Shown in pieces: positions 9,810 to 17,711 of a stretch of DNA of 17,711 bases (positions are counted from its first letter, which is position 1; each line of letters starts with the position of its first letter). The notes under the pieces are model-generated. The model did no database searches. It was given only the letters and a program-made list of their open reading frames with translations, and was not told the DNA's origin. This stretch comes from a bacterium (GTDB taxonomy: Bacteria > DUMJ01). Made by a program: the position numbers and the translations under genes. Location: the NCBI GenBank assembly GCA_049970495.1, contig JBMFMV010000038.1:1-17711 (forward strand), given 5' to 3'.

Positions 9810-11698
9810 AGAAGAATAGATAATAGCCAAATAATTAATATGCCAAATATTCCATATAGTATCCAGTTTAGGACACTTTCCTCTTCTACTCTAAATATGG
9901 CCTCCCTATATGCTTGATCCCCAGTCTCATCTACGGCGATTACTACAACTTTATAATTTCCAGGAGAAACTTCCCCCTTCCATTTGACCTCTAACTTTGG
10001 AATAGAAGCCTTGAACTCAGACATAGGTACTGCTATTATTCTATCTTGCATATCTCTTATCTCTACATTAACTGTAGCTGGCTTAGTTATAGTAAAGTTT
10101 ATAGATAAGTCTTTCTTGAATGGTGTTTTAACCTTATAAACTTGAGGGCTTACATTAAGCTCAGATATATTTATGGGAGCAGGTTCTAGCTTTGCAAATA
10201 TATTTGTTGTCTGCTTAGGGACTATTTCTACTATACCTTGCCAGGACTTATATCCAAAGAGTTCTATACTTAGGTTATGGGTCCCCTCAGGTACACTAGG
10301 ATTAGATAGAGGAGTGGTTCCTATATCTTTTCCATCTAGGTATACCCTTGCTCCAGAAGGACTGCTAGAAACTTGTAATGTTCCTGCTAGTTTTAGGGTG
10401 GCGCTTACCTGAGATATCTTTCCTGACTCTATCAAGACTTCATCCACCCAATCTGCATACCCAGGCATCTTTATAGTTACTATTCTTCTTCCTATAGGGA
10501 CACGCTGAATTGTTATTGGGGTTCTCCCATAGTATCTATCATCTATATAGACTTCTCCACCTGATGGTTCTGAGAATACCACTAGGGCACCTTCTGCTAC
10601 TTGGAGGTTTATATTCAAGAACATATCTTTAGTTACATATACCGTCTCTTCATAATCTAGATAACCTTCTAGCTCCAGCTTTATCTGGTGGTATCCTGGA
10701 GTTACATAGGTGTATATAGGGGTTATTCCTCTTAATATACCATCCACATATGCCCTTGCCCCAGAAGGGCTAGAGCTTATATTTAGCCTATACCTAATTG
10801 CCTCAGCAACAAGATTGACAACTAATGTTGTCGTTTGATTTGTCTGTATCCATACCTGCTGTACATAGTCTCTGTAACCTTCCTTTGACAATCTAACAGT
10901 ATGACTACCAACAGGTATAAAATCTATCCTTTCAGGAGTCTCTCCTTCATAGTTATTATCAAGGTATATGCTTGCACCGCGGGGACTTGAATCTACATAT
11001 AAAGAACCAGTATTAGCAGGTGTCAATAATGTCTCAGCTATATACTCATACCTATGAGGTTTTATAATTATTGTCCTTATTCTATCTGCATAGCCTTGAT
11101 AGGAAATCCTTATAATATGAGAACCTGTCTTAATTCCAGATATAGTTAGTGGAGTTGTCCCAACAAGGTTATTATCTATATACACATTTGCGCCGCTAGG
11201 TTTCGAAGTTACAACTAATCCACCTACACTTTCGTTAACCCCTATTTTTACAGAGAGGATAGTATCTTTTTTGCCTGTATTTACAATCCTAAGTCCTACA
11301 GGTGATACAAGTTTTGTCCTCTGACTAGAAGAAACATTTATAAAGTCAGAATCCCACGGAAATAAAACTGACGTCTGGAAGGATAAATTACCTCTCTGTA
11401 TAGGGCTACCAGGGGTACTAGGATTATTTACTCCGTTATATATTTCATAGGTAAGGCTATCCCCTGAATGTGTTATGGTTACAAAGAAACTATTAATAGA
11501 GCCAAGAGCAGGAATATTACTAACTCTAAAAAGTATCAAGACATCACTACCTGATTTTAGGTAATAATTTATACTATTGGGTTGAGCGCTTTTAGGGGGA
11601 TATATATTTACAGAGATTATGGGGCTGGCTAGGGAATAATTAGCTAAGATAGTTAGCAGTAAGGTCAAACAGAGGAAAATAGACAAAAATTTTCTCAT
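9806..11698 (-). CDS. PEGA domain-containing surface protein (signal peptide, 5 PEGA repeats, Ig/FlgD-like domain, C-terminal membrane anchor)
   Basis: Five L.V.S.P.GA.VY.D....G.TP repeats; N-terminal signal peptide (…YSLA); C-terminal hydrophobic [28 protein letters not shown]. Confidence 0.9.
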   Translation of the reverse strand: MRKFLSIFLCLTLLLTILANYSLASPIISVNIYPPKSAQPNSINYYLKSGSDVLILFRVSNIPALGSINSFFVTITHSGDSLTYEIYNGVNNPSTPGSPIQRGNLSFQTSVLFPWDSDFINVSSSQRTKLVSPVGLRIVNTGKKDTILSVKIGVNESVGGLVVTSKPSGANVYIDNNLVGTTPLTISGIKTGSHIIRISYQGYADRIRTIIIKPHRYEYIAETLLTPANTGSLYVDSSPRGASIYLDNNYEGETPERIDFIPVGSHTVRLSKEGYRDYVQQVWIQTNQTTTLVVNLVAEAIRYRLNISSSPSGARAYVDGILRGITPIYTYVTPGYHQIKLELEGYLDYEETVYVTKDMFLNINLQVAEGALVVFSEPSGGEVYIDDRYYGRTPITIQRVPIGRRIVTIKMPGYADWVDEVLIESGKISQVSATLKLAGTLQVSSSPSGARVYLDGKDIGTTPLSNPSVPEGTHNLSIELFGYKSWQGIVEIVPKQTTNIFAKLEPAPINISELNVSPQVYKVKTPFKKDLSINFTITKPATVNVEIRDMQDRIIAVPMSEFKASIPKLEVKWKGEVSPGNYKVVVIAVDETGDQAYREAIFRVEEESVLNWILYGIFGILIIWLLSILL

Positions 11699-11720
11699 AA
11701 ACCCCTCCTTCTATTTATTT

Positions 11721-12233
11721 TTAACCTCCATCTAAAAGTCCTCTCTCCTCTCTTAATATCCACTCTTCAGGTTTAGATATAAAATCATAAGTATTCCAGA
11801 ATATATCATAGTGCTTTCTTTCTTCATCGGCAAGTCTCTTCCAAAGTTTCTTAAGGTTCTCATCCTTTTCTATAGAGAATGCCTCATCGTATAATTTATA
11901 ACTCCTCTCTTCCATATCCAACGCAATCTTAAGTGAAGATAACTCATCCTGAAGTGTCACTACATCTATACTACCTTGGACTTCATCAAAGACTGTCTTT
12001 ACCTTTTCCTTGGGAGGATTTTCTGCAATATATCTCTCTATATCCATAGATGTAATGTTACTAAAGATCTCATTCAAGATCCTTAGATGTCTTTTCTCAT
12101 CATCAGCAAATGATAAGATCATCTTTCTTGCAGGCTCATATGGAACTTTGGAACTTAACTCTTCATAGAATTTAATTCCATCCTTCTCCATTTGGATGGC
12201 TAACTCTATAAGACCTTTTAATCTCTCATCCAT
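11721..12233 (-). CDS. Ferritin-like / rubrerythrin-family diiron protein (no rubredoxin domain)
   Basis: Duplicated motif A..ME.....Y...A.(D/E)E..H (AIQMEKDGIKFY/DDEKRH and ALDMEERSYKLY/DEERKH). SD GAGGTG. Confidence 0.9.
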   Translation of the reverse strand: MDERLKGLIELAIQMEKDGIKFYEELSSKVPYEPARKMILSFADDEKRHLRILNEIFSNITSMDIERYIAENPPKEKVKTVFDEVQGSIDVVTLQDELSSLKIALDMEERSYKLYDEAFSIEKDENLKKLWKRLADEERKHYDIFWNTYDFISKPEEWILREERGLLDGG

Positions 12234-12268
12234 CGAAAAATCACCTCTTTCTCATTCTTGACAACTTA

Positions 12269-12297
12269 ACTATACCATAAATATTTAGTAATTACAA
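12269..12297 (-). promoter_or_regulatory. Putative sigma70-type promoter for the ferritin-like gene and downstream genes
   Basis: Minus strand TTGTAA-17 bp-TATAGT with an extended TG. Confidence 0.6.
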
Positions 12298-12849
12298 AGC
12301 ATGTTCAGATAAAAGTAGCGGAATTTTAGCCAAGTCCTCCCGTAAAAGCCTAAGCCACTCTGGATGGTATAGACAGGCAGCAGGATGAAATGTCGGCATT
12401 ACTATTTTATCCCCCTTCTTAAATATCCTTCCGTGAACTTTTGTTATACCAAGGTCCGTCTCTGCTAAAAGTTTAGTAGAGTGGTTTCCCAAAGTTACTA
12501 TCACCTTTGGAGATATATATGAAATCTGTGCGAACAGATATGGGCTACACTTCTCTACCTCATCGATATTTGGATCTCTATTATTTGGAGGTCTACACTT
12601 CAGCACATTAGCTATGTACACCTTGTCTCTACTCAATCCAATCTCCTTAAGAAGCGTATCTAATAACTTCCCAGCAGAACCAACAAATGGTAGTCCTTTC
12701 TTATCTTCATAAAATCCTGGGGCTTCCCCAACTAACATAAGTTTGGCATTTGGATCTCCATCCCCAAAAACCACATTAGTTCTAGTTTTATAGAGATCAC
12801 ACCTTGTACAGCTCTCAACCTCTCGCCTTAGTAGCTCCAACTCTTTCAT
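12292..12849 (-). CDS. Uracil-DNA glycosylase, family 4 (4Fe-4S)
   Basis: CTRC, GEAPG, PFVGSAG, KCRPP, a fourth Cys (EKC) and HPA motifs. Confidence 0.93.
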   Translation of the reverse strand: MKELELLRREVESCTRCDLYKTRTNVVFGDGDPNAKLMLVGEAPGFYEDKKGLPFVGSAGKLLDTLLKEIGLSRDKVYIANVLKCRPPNNRDPNIDEVEKCSPYLFAQISYISPKVIVTLGNHSTKLLAETDLGITKVHGRIFKKGDKIVMPTFHPAACLYHPEWLRLLREDLAKIPLLLSEHAL

Positions 12850-14110
12850 AAATGATCTCAGGTAATCTTTCTATCTCGTTACTCTTTATACATATACACC
12901 GCTCTTTTAGTCTATTCCATACAGAGGTAGCTTTACCATCAGTAAAGTCTCTACTCTCTATTGGTGGGTCATCCACCATAATGGTTATCTTACCAATATT
13001 GACCGCATACTCAAAAGCCATAAGATTGGCAAGGTTTCCCTTTCCAAAAGGGATACTAGATATGATAACAATATCTGAGCCATCTATCGTAGAGATGTTC
13101 TTTCTATAATTTTCTTCCGATATAGGAGAAAATGGAGCCTCGAAGATAGTCTCAATCCCTAACTCATTGCATATATCTGCATCGCTGTCTAACAGATTTA
13201 TAACGCCTGCTGAAAGTTTAAATTGTCCATGTAAAAGATAAAGAATCCTTGCCCCTGTCCCTCCTCCGCATATTATATGTACCTTTTTACCAAAATCTAA
13301 ATAGTCCTTATTAGTCTTTGCTAAAGGTAGTATATATATACTGTCATATACCGGATGCTGCTTTACTATTACATCTATATTGAATACCTCTCTTAAATTC
13401 TTGCTAGTTAAAACATCCTTAGGAGCTCCAAAATCATAGATTTTTCCATCCTTCATTAAGATAATCTTATCACAGAACTGAGACGCCAAGTTTGGGTCAT
13501 GAAGAGCAGATATAGCTCCCATATTCTTCTCTTTTATTAGCTTTTTTATAAGATTTAGCATCTCTATCTGATAAGATATATCTAAGTGAGAAGTAGGCTC
13601 ATCTAAAAGAAGCACCTTTGGTTGCTGTGCCAATGCCCTAGCCAAGATAACCCTCTGTCTTTCTCCACCGCTTAAATCCGTTATAAATCTATTGGCAAAT
13701 TCTAAAGTGTTTGTAGCTTTCATAGCTTCTAAGACGATTTCTCTATCAAATTTTGTCTCCCCTTTAAACCTAGAAATATAAGGATTTCTGCCCATCATCA
13801 CTACATCATATACAGTAAATTTATATTCTAAATTAGTCTCTTGAGGGACAACACCTATCCTTCGTGCTACCTCTTTAAAAGATAAGGCCCTTATATCTTC
13901 TCCTTCTATGTATATTGTTCCAGCTATAGGTTTTAAGACTTTACTCAATGTCTTTATAAGAGTAGTCTTTCCAGCACCATTTGGGCCTAATAGACCCACA
14001 AGCTCTCCGGGTAAGAGAGAAATGGTTACACCCTTTAAAACCTCTCTACCTTCATATCCGCATTCTATACCAAAAGCCTCAATTAGAACTCTTGAATAAT
14101 TCTCTTGCAT
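12815..14110 (-). CDS. ABC transporter ATP-binding protein, Fe-siderophore/heme/cobalamin (FecE/BtuD) type, with C-terminal extension
   Basis: Walker A GPNGAGKTT, VPQ Q-loop, VMMGR.P, LSGGERQR, LLLDEPTSHLD and H-loop. An extra domain of about 160 aa begins HIICGGGTG. Confidence 0.9.
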   Translation of the reverse strand: MQENYSRVLIEAFGIECGYEGREVLKGVTISLLPGELVGLLGPNGAGKTTLIKTLSKVLKPIAGTIYIEGEDIRALSFKEVARRIGVVPQETNLEYKFTVYDVVMMGRNPYISRFKGETKFDREIVLEAMKATNTLEFANRFITDLSGGERQRVILARALAQQPKVLLLDEPTSHLDISYQIEMLNLIKKLIKEKNMGAISALHDPNLASQFCDKIILMKDGKIYDFGAPKDVLTSKNLREVFNIDVIVKQHPVYDSIYILPLAKTNKDYLDFGKKVHIICGGGTGARILYLLHGQFKLSAGVINLLDSDADICNELGIETIFEAPFSPISEENYRKNISTIDGSDIVIISSIPFGKGNLANLMAFEYAVNIGKITIMVDDPPIESRDFTDGKATSVWNRLKERCICIKSNEIERLPEIIYERVGATKARG

Positions 14111-15020
14111 ACTCTAAGAAACCTTTTGTTATACCAGAAAAATCCATTAAGCAGCCTATAATAATCTTATCATAATCATTCTTCAACTCTCCAGAAAGAA
14201 CCTTCTCAGGATTTATCTTGAATCTAGTCTTACTATTTATATCATCTCCATATAAATTGGTCTGTAAATTCCAGAGAGTCTCTGAATAATCTTTAGATTT
14301 ATTAGCTAAATAGAAACCAGAACTCCATACATCATTTACCTTTATCGGTCGAGCATTTCTTAAAGCTTTAATATATAAGAGATTTCTCTTTTTGATCTGA
14401 TACTCCTGATAGTCCTCTAAAGCATAGTGATGATTGGAAACCATATTGGTTATACCACCTATATCTAGTATATTCCTAAGAAGGGTAAAAACTGGACCAG
14501 GATTTGAGTGAAACGGCATAGTTAAATCCTGGAGATAATGTAGAGCTCTAGCCAAGAATCTAAACCCCCAATAAAGGTCGTTCTTTTTAAACGCTATCGC
14601 TGCCATATTATAAAAATGAGCAGCCCTAGCCGGAGCTTCTCCTAACCTTAAAAATCCCCCAAAGAGTAGAAAATACTGATGTCTCCAACCGTGGCTACCT
14701 CCAGTTAGAGCTTGCAAAGAATTTAGAGATAATCCTTCATCCATCCCCCAATCGGGTTCATCCGTATATATAGAAAGAATTGTCTTAGCTATTGTTTTAT
14801 CTCCAACAGCTCCTTCAAGATAAGGGATCTTATAGTTTTGGTTATATATAGAGTTATCGTTATAATTATATTCAGTGATTGTTATATCTTTATATCTATT
14901 TATCCATGGCAAAGAATCTAAAACAATTCTAGTCATCTCACCATGAATATTCCAAGCAAAAAGGTTCTGAGGTAATAAAAAGATGAATAAAAAAATTATT
15001 ATAATTCTATGTAATTTCAT
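14079..15020 (-). CDS. Secreted zinc-dependent phospholipase C / P1-nuclease-fold protein
   Basis: Signal peptide ending LFA exposes an N-terminal W-x-x-H. Candidate Zn-ligand motifs are EPDW, HGWRH, HYLQD..MPFH and HYALE. SD AAGGAG. Confidence 0.75.
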   Translation of the reverse strand: MKLHRIIIIFLFIFLLPQNLFAWNIHGEMTRIVLDSLPWINRYKDITITEYNYNDNSIYNQNYKIPYLEGAVGDKTIAKTILSIYTDEPDWGMDEGLSLNSLQALTGGSHGWRHQYFLLFGGFLRLGEAPARAAHFYNMAAIAFKKNDLYWGFRFLARALHYLQDLTMPFHSNPGPVFTLLRNILDIGGITNMVSNHHYALEDYQEYQIKKRNLLYIKALRNARPIKVNDVWSSGFYLANKSKDYSETLWNLQTNLYGDDINSKTRFKINPEKVLSGELKNDYDKIIIGCLMDFSGITKGFLEYARELFKSSN

Positions 15021-15060
15021 AATCTCTCTCCTTTATCTCAATAAAATCTCTTAGTTAATT

Positions 15061-15089
15061 ATTATAATCATCAATCTACCCTAAAGCAA
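15061..15089 (-). promoter_or_regulatory. Putative sigma70-type promoter for PLC/P1 - ABC ATPase - udg
   Basis: Minus strand TTGCTT-17 bp-TATAAT. Confidence 0.55.
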
Positions 15090-15885
15090 CATCAAGAAGC
15101 ATCATAATTGCAAATCCCATCATAGCTCCAATTGTAGGGAAATCTGTCTCCCCTGATTTCTGAGCCTCAGGTATGAGTTCTTCCACCACAACATATATCA
15201 TAGCTCCTGCTGCAAATGCCAATGCATAAGGGAGTAAAGGTCTAGCAATAAGGACTGCCCATGCACCTATAACTCCAGCGATAGGTTCAACTATTCCAGA
15301 AAGTTGTCCATACCAGAAGCTCTTAAATGTAGATAAGCCCTCCCTTCTTAATGGCATAGATACTGCTAATCCCTCTGGAAAATTTTGTAATCCAATGCCA
15401 ATAGCCAAAGTTACAGCAGATGCAAGAGAGGCCGATGAAAGTTTTATAGCGGAGGCACCAAAAGCAACGCCAACAGCTAACCCTTCTGGTATATTGTGTA
15501 ATGTTACAGCTAAGACTAAGAGAGTAGTTCTCCTCCAGGTGGTCTTTATACCCTCTGTGCTTTCTTCAGGAAAGTTTATATGTAGATGGGGAATAATCTT
15601 ATCGATTATATAGAGGCATAATCCTCCAAGCAGAAAACCAATAACAGCTGGAAGCCAATGTAAAGTATATAATTCTTTAGACATCTCTATTGCAGGAGAA
15701 AGTAGTGACCAGAAGCTTGCAGAAATCATAACTCCACTAGCAAAACCCAACATACCATCAAGAAGCTTTCTATTAACCTCTCTCGTTAAAAATACCCCAG
15801 CTGAACCTAAAGCAGTAACCCCCCAAGTAAAGAGTGTAGCAATTAAAGCCTGGATAGGTGGAGAAAAGCCTTTAAGGAATTCCAT
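15076..15885 (-). CDS. ZIP family divalent metal transporter (GufA/ZupT-like)
   Basis: Multiple hydrophobic helices; [10 protein letters not shown] and QNFPEG metal-site motifs; PHLH loop; [16 protein letters not shown]. Confidence 0.93.
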   Translation of the reverse strand: MEFLKGFSPPIQALIATLFTWGVTALGSAGVFLTREVNRKLLDGMLGFASGVMISASFWSLLSPAIEMSKELYTLHWLPAVIGFLLGGLCLYIIDKIIPHLHINFPEESTEGIKTTWRRTTLLVLAVTLHNIPEGLAVGVAFGASAIKLSSASLASAVTLAIGIGLQNFPEGLAVSMPLRREGLSTFKSFWYGQLSGIVEPIAGVIGAWAVLIARPLLPYALAFAAGAMIYVVVEELIPEAQKSGETDFPTIGAMMGFAIMMLLDVALG

Positions 15886-15902
15886 AGCCCTTTACTCAAA
15901 AA

Positions 15903-16457
15903 TTATTTTGACATTCCTTCTACAAGGATAGGCTCTATATAAGGGATATCACCCTTAGAAATCTTTAATGTCCCTATGACTACTATCTCTTTCCCCTTAT
16001 CTTCTATTGGATTAAATGGAGGAGCTCCTAATACGTATATGTATCCAGTATCATCTTTAACTATCCAATCACTTCTAGTAACGGGAGGAGGGTCTGCGCT
16101 TCCTTCCCATCCTCTAAATTCTCCAGAGATTAAAAGTCTCTTACCTAGATAATCTTTTACGCTTCTGATTATGTCCCCTATAGATTTTGGTATAAGCCTC
16201 TTTATCTGTAATGCCCATATATACGTCATGCCATCTCTATCAATCCTTTCTATGCCTTTTACCTCTACGTATTCACCTTCTTTAAGACCTTCAGGGGCTT
16301 TACCTCTTATATAGAACGTCTTATCCTTCGATAGAACCATTAGATAACCCTTTTCCCCTATGCATTTACCCACGAAATTTACTATTCCACTGGCATTAGC
16401 AGATACAACACTACTACAGATTATAATAAAGACTATTAAAATACTTATAAGCCTCAT
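15903..16457 (-). CDS. Secreted hypothetical protein with two putative OB-fold-like repeats
   Basis: Signal peptide, SD AGGAGGT and a beta-rich internal duplication (YIRG..P/GEYVEVKG/YIW vs YVLG.P/GKEIVVIG/YIE). The fold assignment is an inference. Confidence 0.7.
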   Translation of the reverse strand: MRLISILIVFIIICSSVVSANASGIVNFVGKCIGEKGYLMVLSKDKTFYIRGKAPEGLKEGEYVEVKGIERIDRDGMTYIWALQIKRLIPKSIGDIIRSVKDYLGKRLLISGEFRGWEGSADPPPVTRSDWIVKDDTGYIYVLGAPPFNPIEDKGKEIVVIGTLKISKGDIPYIEPILVEGMSK

Positions 16458-16481
16458 AAAGCACCTCCTATTCTGTGGAAA

Positions 16482-16540
16482 ATTATACCAATTTATGGTG
16501 TTACTTTAACTATACCACAAAGACCAAATGCCTCCAAGAT
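16482..16540 (-). promoter_or_regulatory. Two tandem extended -10 promoter candidates
   Basis: TGGTATAAT (16482-16490) and TGGTATAGT (16509-16517, with TTGGAG 17 bp upstream of the hexamer), just downstream of the terminator. Confidence 0.55.
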
Positions 16541-16542
16541 AT

Positions 16543-16578
16543 AAAATAAAAGGGGAAGCAGAAAGTTCCTGCTTCCCC
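16543..16578 (-). terminator. Rho-independent terminator of the solute-binding protein gene
   Basis: 10-bp perfect stem GGGGAAGCAG/CTGCTTCCCC (16552-16561/16569-16578), 7-nt loop, then TTTTATTTT on the minus strand. Confidence 0.9.
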
Positions 16579-16599
16579 AGCGATGATTTCCAATAAATC

Positions 16600-17711
16600 T
16601 TACTTTGACGTCTGATAGAATTTATCTAGCTCTTTCTGTACCTCGTTAGCTGCCCACTCTAGTGCCTGTTTTGGCGTCATCTCACCAGCTATTGCTTTAT
16701 CCACCATCTTAGTTATAGTGTCTTTAGCAAATCCAGTTACTGGAGTAGTTGGGAAGAATTTCCCATATCTTACCATATTTACTGCCTTAGCCCACATGGG
16801 TTGCTCCTTAAAAAATGGAGCGTTTAGAGCTACATCTTTCACTATGGTCATCCCACCACCGCCAAGAGGAGGTTCTCCTAACTGGGAGAATCTGACTTGA
16901 GTAGCAGGGCTACTCATCCACTTAAGAAATTCCCAAGCAGCATCTTTATTCTTTACTCCTTTTGGAATTACAAAACCAAATCCTTCCATTAGTGTAACTT
17001 GTTTACCACCTGGAGGGATTGGTGGCAAGACAATATCATAATCTAGATTAGGGGCATATTGTTGGAATGTTACTATGGGCGTACATACACCTATCATCAT
17101 GGCAAGTTTATTATTCATAAAAGCCCACATATCTGCTCCGGTTGTTGGATTTGCCATAGCAGCTTTAAAACCATCAACTATTTTTACTCCGCCACATATG
17201 TTATTTACAAAGTCTACTATCCACTGTAGTGTCATAAGTGCCTTATCATTGTTAAAAGCTACCTTCATCCTATCCGGAGTAAAGAGGTCTCCTCCTGTTT
17301 GCCAGTAGTAGCAGACAAAGTGTACGTTGCCAAATGTTGGTATAAAGCCCATAGTGACTGGCTTACCACCTTCTATTTTAGTCAATTTCTTGGCGTATTC
17401 TTCTAGTTCTTTCCAAGTTTTAGGTGGCTTATCAGGATTAAGGCCATTTTCTTTAAACATAGTCCTATTGTAGTAAAGTGGATGTACATCTGTATTGAAT
17501 GGCATAGCATACATTTTGCCTCTATATTTGCATTCTCCAATAGCCCCTGGGAAATAGATGCTAAGATCAATCTTGTCCCTCTTTATATAATCATCTATGC
17601 ATTCTAGCCCCCCTCTAGCAGCAAAAGATGCAACCCACTGGCGTGAAATTCTAGCCACATCAGGTGGTTCTCCTCCAGCAATTGCTGTCATTAGAATGTT
17701 CTCTATTCCAG
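16600..17711 (-). CDS. ABC transporter extracellular solute-binding protein, carbohydrate (family 1) type; 5' end beyond the window
   Basis: AIAGGEPPDV, YAMPF, LYYNRTMF, PPKTWKEL and AAWEFLKW motifs. The frame stays open upstream of ATG 17691 (GIENILM) to the window edge. Confidence 0.92.
   Translation of the reverse strand, partial: GIENILMTAIAGGEPPDVARISRQWVASFAARGGLECIDDYIKRDKIDLSIYFPGAIGECKYRGKMYAMPFNTDVHPLYYNRTMFKENGLNPDKPPKTWKELEEYAKKLTKIEGGKPVTMGFIPTFGNVHFVCYYWQTGGDLFTPDRMKVAFNNDKALMTLQWIVDFVNNICGGVKIVDGFKAAMANPTTGADMWAFMNNKLAMMIGVCTPIVTFQQYAPNLDYDIVLPPIPPGGKQVTLMEGFGFVIPKGVKNKDAAWEFLKWMSSPATQVRFSQLGEPPLGGGGMTIVKDVALNAPFFKEQPMWAKAVNMVRYGKFFPTTPVTGFAKDTITKMVDKAIAGEMTPKQALEWAANEVQKELDKFYQTSK

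Noticed and set aside
9810..9830. N-terminal extension of Nth (MAIIYSS) from the TTG start
   Set aside because: It lies inside the PEGA gene's TM-coding end; the GTGA-coupled start at 9809 is more plausible.
10180..11225. DNA-level tandem repeat or CRISPR-like array
   Set aside because: The periodicity is only diverged protein-level PEGA repeats; I saw no identical direct repeats with spacers anywhere in the window.
11721..11760. C-terminal LLDGG of the ferritin-like protein as a sulfur-carrier GG or encapsulin targeting peptide
   Set aside because: There is no beta-grasp fold, no E1/ThiF or encapsulin gene nearby, and no match to the L.(I/V)GSL-type cargo peptide.
12258..12290. Plus-strand antisense promoter starting at a perfect TTGACA
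   Set aside because: No TAnnnT hexamer lies at 16-18 bp spacing.
12292..12849. UdgX-type covalent (suicide) uracil glycosylase
   Set aside because: It lacks the KRRIH R-loop insertion; the sequence KCRPPNNRDP is conventional family 4.
14111..15075. Cobalamin riboswitch upstream of the BtuD-like ATPase
   Set aside because: The upstream sequence is coding, and the only intergenic gap is 55 bp, AT-rich and without a B12 box.
367..17308. Short opposite-strand ORFs from the track (367-648, 2801-3001, 5264-5482, 5602-5802, 6464-6802, 8030-8266, 9729-9917, 10173-10412, 12852-13109, 13908-14099, 13981-14175, 15395-15613, 16718-16900, 17075-17308)
   Set aside because: All are antisense shadows of well-supported genes, mostly Ser/Ile/Leu/Pro-rich, with no recognisable motifs.

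Overview
AT-rich bacterial chromosomal window; the gene content (PEGA surface protein, family-4 UDG, GufA-type ZIP, Memo-AMMECR1 fusion) suggests an anaerobic thermophile, though taxonomy is only inferred. On the + strand at the left are an internally deleted IS transposase remnant (~7-775) with a fold-back hairpin over its start codon, then a secreted alginate-lyase-family gene. The remaining ~15 kb is one co-oriented minus-strand run: sugar ABC solute-binding protein (5'-truncated, followed by a clear terminator), secreted tandem OB-fold-like protein, ZIP metal transporter, secreted Zn-dependent PLC/P1-nuclease-like protein, orphan Fe/cobalamin-type ABC ATPase, family-4 uracil-DNA glycosylase, ferritin/rubrerythrin-like protein, 5xPEGA membrane-anchored protein, nth, aroA, mutS, mutL and a Memo/LigB-AMMECR1 fusion lacking its usual radical SAM partner. 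The most notable points are the clustering of three DNA-repair activities with metal-handling genes, the AMMECR1 fusion directly after mutL, the IS remnant architecture, and a 65-nt mutS/mutL overlap. I found no RNA genes, CRISPR arrays or riboswitches. Nothing here is demonstrably a new system; the system-level proposals are hypotheses from gene neighbourhood.
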